This document shows positions 59,201-64,000 of a stretch of DNA of 64,000 nt, one piece after another. Location: IMG/VR virus record IMGVR_UViG_3300025071_000006, positions 33,208 to 97,207 of that record. One strand, given 5' to 3'. The notes under the pieces are model-generated. The model was not told where the DNA came from. It searched no databases and was given only the letters and a program-made list of their open reading frames with translations. Each line of letters begins with the position of its first letter. The first letter of the stretch is position 1. Source of the DNA: a virus. The position numbers and the translations under genes are program-made.

Positions 59201-59877
59201 CAAAGAAGGCTCCTTGGGTAGAGACAACTCAAGGTAAAAGATATAATCCAGGAATGTTATACCTTCCTAAAAACATTAAGGCAAGTACAGCTACAAGAGC
59301 TATACCTCAACTAGTAACAATTGGTACAGGAACTAGAGAAGGGCAATCAGACTACATAACATACAATTGGAATAATGGAGACTTTACTGCAAAGCAAAGA
59401 AAAGAAATGGCCTCTAAAGGAGACTTCTCATTTATTAATAAAGGCTTATTTAAGAAAGTAAAGGGTTTTAATGAAGATTTTATTCATACCTACGAGCAGA
59501 AAAAAACTGGTAGACTCATGAAATATTTTGTATACAAACATATAAATGCATTAGGGGATTCGTACAGAGCTCAAGAGTATTACATGACATCTAGACCTTC
59601 TGTGTTTGATAATGGTTTATTAAAAGCAGAAGAGAAACAAGACAGTACTATAATAGCTGCATGGAAAGGTCAATCTAATGTTGCTGTAAGACCAGTAGCT
59701 AATAAAAATAATACATCAGATAGTAATGAACTAGTTACTAAAAAAGGTAAATCATTTAAACTAAGTTTATCAAATGCTACGTATAGTCAAGGAGCTATTA
59801 ACCCAATACTCTTAACAGACCTAGGTTATACACAAGAACAAGCAGGTGAGATACTTGAACAAATTTGTAAATCATAA
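47218..59877 (+). CDS. Giant virion RNA polymerase (crAss-like double-psi-barrel type), 4219 aa
   Basis: Catalytic GSDFDIDK at 57172-57189 (Asp3319) preceded by FRIPTQ; upstream YTETDGGG; N-terminal hydrophobic helices; zincin-like remnant YHEAFE at 53002-53019. Confidence 0.88.
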   Translation: MSKEIKKAQTGITLPPMATVPNSPSGRPLSSGYTPPGLPGPMPNIATRPNLGVASSNRNKPTALQSLIRNAGTPGNIGKGSRNTTADEYEGSDRYDYFQPTSMGVDNENLAGLYQSFGSKAVNGVGKGLILTGTTFLQGTVGLVNGVYQAVNDGKFSSFYDNEFNRGLDEINKWSEDAMPNYYTTAESNASWYSPKYWATGNFVFDGVIKNLGFAAGAYLTGGAYTSALKALPGTSRLFSMGKAAETLAATEKGLSAANKGAGVYGEVKALSDSFLTQYNLLNPAGRAVVAGLSTTGEAGIEALHNSNEFRQELIDEFKAEFGVIPSGAAMENINAAVEGAGNSSFYANVGILAASNYIMFPRIARSGYKASKRNINGLVREIDDLAYEGGKYAGKTSKLHPILRTLNNIRPYTFTVSEAVEEVSQYGTSVGTQDYYNKQYNNEATSWLTSIGVGLTKGVFSDEGAKNAMIGGFSGGIMTGRGRYRRNKQRAADTAQAIELLNDFQLSDFTKESIYSNNRAGVLGEELEQAAERGDALSYKNLESQYIINYLTPRVKYGRFDLVLQDIADMKKLASTEQGFAQLQAEGKVQDGDTKEAFIARLENFKQTGKDVQSLYQSLELRYGGITEKGPDGKQYRVYGPDVINKMIYAASTIADADNRIPQLTSDIQAAVPTLDIQQILQDILRGETESFNNAVDTISNLDVLSDIKDELGEKLNDAAALIKIRELMLQEYELIKTKPKNFQEKPLSQQDGFKTYEELLEDDANTFVVKTKKGEQSLQIGQEYFVGQGVNFEGETPLGEPVVISSFVPVGQNEDGTIQIKDQSGQVRDISPDVLLDYNVGRKSTLVNNNTANFYYKNRDKIFEFNFGKNKGGKRKGRLMYDNGKLFFVYKDSNGTIVKKYVPNKLFTAQRGFDQAIIEPVGTVTAEQQDAANQFLSPEELAKNEQTLQSNREDRLKVMNDLGVESKRRLEEINKQLEKDRKKLAIIKKDLESIYTMKEGGSRIKLTYSKAQKNFTRAINNYTSMQQDTQDRITELEREQEELDLNISYFEAFEVDLLDIPGNTGEFLKELKDQLSLLEQNGKAVNNEIKANNKLLDSITKAAKKAAKLLKSALETTYVYDEDYGDYLRDLLEKAATGEDLLTTWPLLKQELANFNLTNDIQKETNISERGVFDALESLKELEATLESLRGEYKAKKAIVDRFQRVMDEYAAEQQAQDKIANDTKLIADLNQTASTSPVTDAEPKTFDPISKKSNAIVPRASIGEPLGPIQDHHIRANRFGVNLNRFANRKNIRAVYVTLKTQDQKLDGVVQRILDNGSPELMEKFGDSIIIMVMVDTAGNLVGVDGQPIPNTKNQLDNAIYQTIPEASLANSEGSMFRVEDSETAAIKKQFGIFRKGILDRTTIDAPFQIEASFGIPQYEKDSKENKVLGNTSVVEADLISETDLSKTNVIFIPTTNQNIFKGTVAYSQPFGSVFLDLPNGYVKLRNRKHTTQEAEAIYDALYAVSKELVDEDKGATSDESVRLFNFLQGVTYWGIPKDANGNTKTAGQNSVFFKREVSESIQGLDFTRLMLTLGTSVNNIEFNPASISKNKEFIIETLGQMYNNIDNSKLQNIDQSFEQITKVLDDGTVESIVWPNYQTYLLSKNIPGGGTRQDFQLPLHTTMKPVVEGSDEVNRKGVYFVNEDSAEDFISEVVPTRVEVIRKSKAPAAPEPQTSEVKVVFDNKTNNTFTSVEGNKILFKVSPNVTRENYEEEGQITVIKNDDLEQLIAEISKAYPNKTEREIQEKKLKLNIKNSIFNFIGAELARLNAQNAQTEISVTPEMLAKIKAKREETGKPPVSDSVKEALERGQNNMNNEVLREVITKSVEKMGPENWKDLRIWMDKNLPQVPLVRVRNIIRAGGKTAWGMFDDNAMFVYKNAEVGTAYHEAFEAVYAMYLDSNEIAQLNEEFKARRGSFVDRPTGTTVEYKNATADQIREQLAEEFRDYIQDQKKPKGNFFTRLFNGLKKFIEGWFVTNRTEELFKRIDTGAFAKAPLGYVAKNYVANSIVPNSDAVFRVATGLTDVQSHDTIEHMTYLTLRNIIANNESLFSVPELNQTELYNRLKGEVLASVGQVAQQYKNIRPQFEESTGGQLQEIDNAIDNTVDLMQKIDDSWVELTKKHKEYIRSFGITFDEADQLQIEEDRSNKGYNSDATKIDNFKKTGAAVRLLLGTVPIVTVNENADVRFSPSTINGVKLLPITQTYITVLENVSNATSIENMLEKLRNVALSDPNYLSLYKRLSGRSATEGAVSLDNITERHQLTLLAALFKTFKKQDPIVKLVTVLENGETLVTDANLSTASRQMSQQYLNSIVTTSKKGSGIFKQVGEVFNPDTRKLSKYPLNTLQNMFNFLGELGIPFNTKEYNNFDSSQKKRFASAVNGIKKSIEQSRDIKFFSTKTLNFAGQILNLATLKVLATNPEASSTYFNIEGERVQTYIGTNAASEVHNFMTSVGNKQELGDTPYSYLLTDVFAQNSTIIERVYDAEGNLRTDKVNLFKPGYAGGVLNGTKGTAKKSSQLQFADRLRQELNLNINGQYLNLVPGDSSLEHMLEMGNPITEQDIVSGSTVFNSVMRGYFISEVELAREKRDIVEIDNRQTSDLRFFKEILGEELHEEIRQNVLDPALTSEQVYEISVNKIIDATSSYMQRNKNQYATFLLKYSVVKQAENEQSGELTDRYTAPGVEGMTNMTIQEMDRKLIALQANYVIANIEMHKILYGDPYGYKDELKRTKSFLSPRQAMVNNSPQWNNRANEIWNRGLEIDTVGHTEFTRDYFRTVTGGDVTGVIDIPNYKAYTETDGGGIISIKAYRNFRIRTADWNDAQENQYRYDIAWYKRHKKLEDELSEEEKAILKQGNPQVQSTYVTLKPIVSGAKLDKDGSVSANNNVVLDKYALYPLSYRVMHEINPTSNALKLYDKMQKEDIDYLVFQSGRKVGAEGTHNTYNDDGEFNNAEYESVINIPFNIMSLQSEVPSKEDGRVTRASQITKLITLDYLENGMPIDYKGTLDQWLTLTEEQKQKASTIYAEIQNNTKLLDEMTKEGLNVMMKKLGITKVGNAYKVTDLTPAAKTLREELFKRETNDNISDALDGFLIGDAVLEATPAYNQIRNILYSIVQKSIVRPKINGGQKVQIPSALFESTRTEKTTINGKKGYTSDVLGFYSLTKDGKEVKFLKDNKNGTFKVLTEEGKEVNIPASDLKTTTMEVMVGRWFGSSLSDEALLEYLNNTEEGQKILRGVAFRIPTQKQNSIDAIRIKQFLPKEFGDNVVVPAAIVEKVGSDFDIDKLFMYLKNVTYINNELQLIPFYGYGEQSKKRFGELFDAGSLLNKAQQKELQAQIDLFESGQLETLGETFLDTERKKKEQDEGSLIEAIFGQTFDNQDVIDDYILELKDKGIRQTVIDRMYMRSLENEFIQSTENLITFPENYERLTVPNDASQLEELSKEIVDKTKESAFNYRNVGNLLNRRFMARLRNAFVQGKRGISIAAVNQTNLALNQHSPVFVELDSIKFRRKNTVNIPDNGEMISLSGIKNKAGDYISDILGQVIDGMVDIAAGPWVIELGITPTTASTWLYLVKAGVPIDSVAYFMNQPIIVDYLNKIEESGYTWLFIEDFANELKENKYGSPTNLTSAEKELLPGVDVLRSQLGKTNFSNRDAAYQRFILDEFVNYARQAQDLFEVTQGTNWDTSTFNDPYLIFKKDQQYQNALTKPISSYVDGRVIPAAEALIETTFLKETISSLQEARDGVAELLTSDQDTSRTVLQKVLLPYINRPDREFIKISRAAVNSFFDYAVQTDQDLNMFLKALLVDKNGTASKIDSFVENVLGNPNHPLYENQVVRLLESDPNKRVGDVANNIKLRNNDRKVYEQNSIIYSFRQLKDYLSADSKLYDQIVITSVLQSGLNNSPISFTSLLPYEDFQKIYNQTLSTLEKNPNLNDFYELGMFERNNWSPGSGIVPSKKAPWVETTQGKRYNPGMLYLPKNIKASTATRAIPQLVTIGTGTREGQSDYITYNWNNGDFTAKQRKEMASKGDFSFINKGLFKKVKGFNEDFIHTYEQKKTGRLMKYFVYKHINALGDSYRAQEYYMTSRPSVFDNGLLKAEEKQDSTIIAAWKGQSNVAVRPVANKNNTSDSNELVTKKGKSFKLSLSNATYSQGAINPILLTDLGYTQEQAGEILEQICKS

Positions 59878-59880
59878 AGA

Positions 59881-62800
59881 ATGGCACTATGTCCTAACAT
59901 AAACTCTCCTGAATGGAAACAACTTGTTGCTGCACAAGGTAAAGCAAAAGCATATTTTCTGTGGAATGAATACAGTGGTGATGTTCCTGGACAGGAGTAT
60001 ACTGGTGTGTTAAAAGTTGAGTCTCTTGCTCCTAAGGTTAAAGAACTAATAGCTAAGATGGGTGTAAGTATTGTAGACTTGCAAGCATATGCAAAGTCCA
60101 ACCCTGAGATTGATTTAACAGGAGCTGAATCTCTTGCTGACGCTGTTGGAAAGATTATCGCTATAAGTAAAGGAGCTACTGAAATAGTAATAACAGAAGA
60201 GTTAGTTCACATTGCTACTGAAATAATAAATCAAAAGAACCCTACGTTAATCACAGAGATGATATCTAAGATAGGTAGGTTTAAAATATATAAAGATACT
60301 CTAGAACAATATAGAATAATACCGGCTTATCAACTTCCTGATGGAAGACCAAACATAAGAAAGATAAAGAAAGAAGCAGTAGATAAATTAATTACTCAAC
60401 TAGTTTCTACTGAAATAAATGGGGAAACAGTAAAGAATACAGAAGAATTATTAGAAGAAGAAAATGCTTCTATAATTAGAAGAATTTGGAATTCTATAAC
60501 TGATTGGTTTAATGGACAATATGCAGCATCTAATTTAGATATATTTCAAACAGCAGCTAGTCAAGTTACTGAAGGAGTAGAGGGAGATCTAATTGATGGT
60601 ACACCTACAGAGTTATACTATTCTGTAACTAATGTTCAAAAGATTATACAGAAAGAGTTATTGGAAACTCAGAAAACCCTTAGAAGTGTTCCTGTAATAA
60701 AAAAGAACTCTAACCCTTTACTAGAAGATGAAGTAAGTAATGAATATGAAGTGCTTATAAACGGTGAGTGGGTAAAGAATCCAAAGAGAGTAACAGATAG
60801 AACAAAGGCTTGGTATAACTCAAAGTTTAGAGATAAAAAACCATTTACTAAAGAACAGGAGAGAGATAATGAGCTTAAGAAACAACTTGGTATAGAGTTT
60901 CATAACTACTTTGAAGAAATACATTCTAGATATTTTAATGAAGATGGAACAAGAAGAGAGTTTCCTTCACCTCGTCCTGTAATACAAGATGCTAAAAAAG
61001 CTGTAGTATATGCAAAGTTAGAAACATACTATACAGATCTTATTGCAGAGTTTTCTAGAGATGGAAAAACTCCTCTTGTGTTTTCTGAAATGATGATCTA
61101 TGATCCAAAAGCAAAAGAAGCTGGTACTATTGACCTTCTTATTGTAGATGAAGATGGAAAGTCTCATATATATGATTGGAAGTTTATGAATATAGCTAAG
61201 TCAGCTAAGGACGTAGCGTGGTATAAACAAGGAGCTTTTGATATTCAACTTGGTACATATAAAAAGATATTAAAAAATAACTATGGGGTTAAGGAAGTTG
61301 GAAAGAATAGAGCTATTCCTATATCCATGGAGTTACAAAGAGAAAACTTTCAAAACCCTAAATCTCCATTAAGGTTTACTGGTATAGCTATAGGTAGTGT
61401 AAATCCTACTGAAATAGAACCACTCACTATTACTCCAGTATCTGAAAAGACGGAGTCTACTGGTGATGAAAAACTAGATGAACTAATAATAAAGTTAAAT
61501 GCTGTATATTCTCAAATAGAAAAAACAACGCCTACTAAAGAAGAAGAAAGAGTTAGTAAAAGAGAACGACTTAATATTCTTAAACTTGCTATACGTCAAG
61601 CACAAGCTAATGAAAACGTTAGGTATGTTATAGATGCTTTAGCAGTAATACAAACAGAAGGAGAGAATATTATATCTGAGTATAAAACTTTATATGAAGG
61701 AAGACCTGCACAATCAACAGACTTTGAAAATGCACAACTCTCAGATTTTTCTAGTAGAATGGTTGAGTACATGAACTCTTCTTCTGCGTTTATTAAAATT
61801 AATGTGGAGCTAGAACCTATACTTGCAGGATCAGATATATCTGATGAACAGAAGTTAGCAATTCAAACTGACCTTGATAAAAAAATACGTTTGTTAAATA
61901 CAAACATTTCTAACATAGCAAAGATAAGTGGTGAGTTTACAGATAAATTTGTAGGACTTAGAAACAATGTAACAGGACTATTAGATCCTCAAGCTTTATT
62001 AAGAGGTTTAAAATCTACTTTCCGAAGTTTATCAGAGTTACCTCTTCCTTCTTTAAGAATACTATCTAGATTGGCTAGAATAGCACAATCAAAAGGTCAA
62101 GCTGAATCATTAACTGATGTTAATAAACTTCTAGAAATTAGAGATAAATTAAAAACTACTGGTCGTAACCTTCTAGATGTTGTAAAACCTTTATATCAAA
62201 AAGATGAAAAAGGAAGTATAGTAAATAGACTTATATATAAATTCTCTAAAGATTTTTATGATTCAGTTGAGGATAATGCTCAAGAAGGAAATAGAAGTAG
62301 AAAATGGTTATATGATAACATAGATATAGAAGCTTATAAAAAAGAAGCTAACGAAATTCTTCGTAAAACATTAGCTGGATATAATAGTCTTTACGATGAT
62401 GTGGAACTAAGAGATAAATATATTAAAGAAGCTAAACAGAAGTGGGATATAACTAGAACTGACTTTAATGGATTTAGTAACTACGTAATAAAAAGACATC
62501 CATTAGCTAAATGGGAATCAGCTGAATTTGTTAAGATTAAAAAAGATCAAGACCTTCTAGACCTTTACAATTTTATAGAAGAGATGAATACAAAAGCTAA
62601 GGATATGGGCTATCTACAAAATAGAATAGCATCTACATTCTTACCATATGTACGTAAAGGAACTGCAGAAAGTCTAGCATGGGACTCTGGATTAAGTGTT
62701 ATCACAAATTGGACAAACTCGTTAACTAGAAGAACAGATGATTTAGGCTATGGATCTGTAAATGAGATTACAGGAGAAACAGAAAGTGCTATACCTAAAT

Positions 62801-64000
62801 ATTACACTAGTGATTTTAGTAGAACTGAAGACCCTCAAGTAAATGATATGACTGATGTATCATTAGAATTCTTTAAGAATCAAATACTTTATATTCAACA
62901 AATGAATAAATATAAGTATATGCAAGAGATCGAAGGGCAAATTAATCTAGTTAGAACAATAGTAAAAACAAAAGGTCACTTTAAAACTGGAGCGTTTTCT
63001 AAGGTGGTTACTAAAGGGGGAGAACCTATTGTAGAAAAAAATAATGAAACTAATTCTAAGATTTTTGATCTATTCATGGAACAAATTATGTATGATAATT
63101 CATTCCCTGCAGACAGTGAAGATTTTGGAGTACCTACAGGTAGAATAAGATCAGGAATAAATTCTGTTTGGAAGCAGATGACAGGTAAACCTTTGTTTGA
63201 TGTAAATGATAAAGGAACTAACTATTCTATTATCAAAAGTATGCAAGCTTTAAATAATGCTTTTCAAATGAAAACATTAGGACTAGAACCTATCTCTGGT
63301 GCTGTAAATATATTTGGTGCAAACATTCAAATAGCAACACAAGCAGGTACCTACTTTAATTTTAGAGAGTACGTTAAAAATGAATTAAAAGTTTTAGGAA
63401 ATTGGAGTAGAAAGAAAGGTGGTGTAGAAACAAAACAAATGAAAGCTTTCGATCAATTGACTGATTTGTTTATGCCCCTTAAGGATAGTCCTACATACGA
63501 GAAGTTAAAGAAGGCCGGTATAAATCTAGGTGCAAGGTTAGACTCTGAGTTAGGTGATACTTTGTTTGCATTTTTTAGACAACCAGAATTAGTTTTAGAA
63601 AGAGGATTGTTTATGACTCTTCTAGATAACTCAATGATTGTAGATGGAAAGATAGTAAATATACCTGAGTTTGTAAGAAATAAATATAAAGGTAGGTATG
63701 ATAGTGCTGCATCTTTTAGTGCAGTTAAAGGTAATATACAATCTGAAATAGAAGATCTTAAAAAGAACAAGTCTATAACTAGTACTGCTAAAATAGGAGA
63801 GAATGGTAAGGTAGAAGTACCAGGTTTAGATCTAAATAATAGAAAAGAACTACAACGTCTTACAGACCTTACAAGAACTTTAGCTAGAAATGCTACAGGT
63901 GGTTTTACAGAATTTGATAGTATTAAAATGAACATGAACATTTGGACTAAGTCTATGATGGTGTTCAAAGGTTGGATACCTAAACTTGTTGATACACGTT
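59881..64000 (+). CDS. Large virion/ejection protein with PD-(D/E)XK nuclease domain, runs off right edge (>1373 aa)
   Basis: Not in the track (no stop in window). Manual translation at sampled points stays in frame: MALCPNINSPEW..., EELVH, FSEMMIYD...AGTIDLLIVDEDGKSHIYDWK (61081-61182), QLGTY, ...FKGWIPKLVDTR at the edge. Confidence 0.8.
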   Translation, partial: MALCPNINSPEWKQLVAAQGKAKAYFLWNEYSGDVPGQEYTGVLKVESLAPKVKELIAKMGVSIVDLQAYAKSNPEIDLTGAESLADAVGKIIAISKGATEIVITEELVHIATEIINQKNPTLITEMISKIGRFKIYKDTLEQYRIIPAYQLPDGRPNIRKIKKEAVDKLITQLVSTEINGETVKNTEELLEEENASIIRRIWNSITDWFNGQYAASNLDIFQTAASQVTEGVEGDLIDGTPTELYYSVTNVQKIIQKELLETQKTLRSVPVIKKNSNPLLEDEVSNEYEVLINGEWVKNPKRVTDRTKAWYNSKFRDKKPFTKEQERDNELKKQLGIEFHNYFEEIHSRYFNEDGTRREFPSPRPVIQDAKKAVVYAKLETYYTDLIAEFSRDGKTPLVFSEMMIYDPKAKEAGTIDLLIVDEDGKSHIYDWKFMNIAKSAKDVAWYKQGAFDIQLGTYKKILKNNYGVKEVGKNRAIPISMELQRENFQNPKSPLRFTGIAIGSVNPTEIEPLTITPVSEKTESTGDEKLDELIIKLNAVYSQIEKTTPTKEEERVSKRERLNILKLAIRQAQANENVRYVIDALAVIQTEGENIISEYKTLYEGRPAQSTDFENAQLSDFSSRMVEYMNSSSAFIKINVELEPILAGSDISDEQKLAIQTDLDKKIRLLNTNISNIAKISGEFTDKFVGLRNNVTGLLDPQALLRGLKSTFRSLSELPLPSLRILSRLARIAQSKGQAESLTDVNKLLEIRDKLKTTGRNLLDVVKPLYQKDEKGSIVNRLIYKFSKDFYDSVEDNAQEGNRSRKWLYDNIDIEAYKKEANEILRKTLAGYNSLYDDVELRDKYIKEAKQKWDITRTDFNGFSNYVIKRHPLAKWESAEFVKIKKDQDLLDLYNFIEEMNTKAKDMGYLQNRIASTFLPYVRKGTAESLAWDSGLSVITNWTNSLTRRTDDLGYGSVNEITGETESAIPKYYTSDFSRTEDPQVNDMTDVSLEFFKNQILYIQQMNKYKYMQEIEGQINLVRTIVKTKGHFKTGAFSKVVTKGGEPIVEKNNETNSKIFDLFMEQIMYDNSFPADSEDFGVPTGRIRSGINSVWKQMTGKPLFDVNDKGTNYSIIKSMQALNNAFQMKTLGLEPISGAVNIFGANIQIATQAGTYFNFREYVKNELKVLGNWSRKKGGVETKQMKAFDQLTDLFMPLKDSPTYEKLKKAGINLGARLDSELGDTLFAFFRQPELVLERGLFMTLLDNSMIVDGKIVNIPEFVRNKYKGRYDSAASFSAVKGNIQSEIEDLKKNKSITSTAKIGENGKVEVPGLDLNNRKELQRLTDLTRTLARNATGGFTEFDSIKMNMNIWTKSMMVFKGWIPKLVDTR

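Noticed and set aside
4675-59877. Introns/inteins in terL, MCP or RNAP
   Set aside because: No frame breaks, no LAGLIDADG/HNH inserts or intein-like C...HN boundaries noticed; a formal HMM scan was not possible.
234-63968. Many short ORFs antisense to or out of frame within long genes (e.g. 5037-5657, 16498-16773, 23046-23297, 63453-63968)
   Set aside because: Shadow ORFs; poly-Val translations are simply the reverse complement of Thr runs; no independent start context.
1-64000. tRNA, rRNA, integrase or transposase genes
   Set aside because: Intergenic gaps are few and none showed a cloverleaf with T-loop GTTC signature; no recombinase motifs recognised.

Overview
AT-rich (roughly one-third GC by eye) segment of a large dsDNA tailed phage, most consistent with a crAss-like (Crassvirales-related) podovirus of a Bacteroidota/Flavobacteriia host. 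Evidence: TTTG-N19-21-TAnnTTT(G/A) promoters, gene order, and a DFDIDK virion RNA polymerase. Positions 1-2469 hold small leftward (probably early) genes. A G-tract-rich divergence region (2470-2813) separates them from a rightward late region: wHTH, HU-like and Zn-finger genes, terminase, portal, scaffold, major capsid, ring/auxiliary capsid proteins, an accessory fibre/decoration cluster (16-24.5 kb), a metallophosphoesterase, tail ring and muzzle genes, then five large ejected-cargo proteins. These include a 4219-aa virion RNAP and an ORF from 59881 that runs off the window and is absent from the ORF track. Most interesting: (i) a modular surface system built from five copies of a ~70-aa 'GPF' domain, poly-Thr linkers and an intact chymotrypsin-fold serine protease, which seems also to have split the muzzle gene; (ii) cargo proteins built as enzyme 'beads' (zincins, NlpC/P60, PG-binding) delimited by repeated xxGG/GWLDKY motifs and carrying SusC-type TonB-box look-alikes; (iii) unusual cis-elements around the divergence point. 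All functional calls come from motif reading only; no searches were run. No tRNA, CRISPR, integrase, intron/intein or stop-codon recoding was seen.
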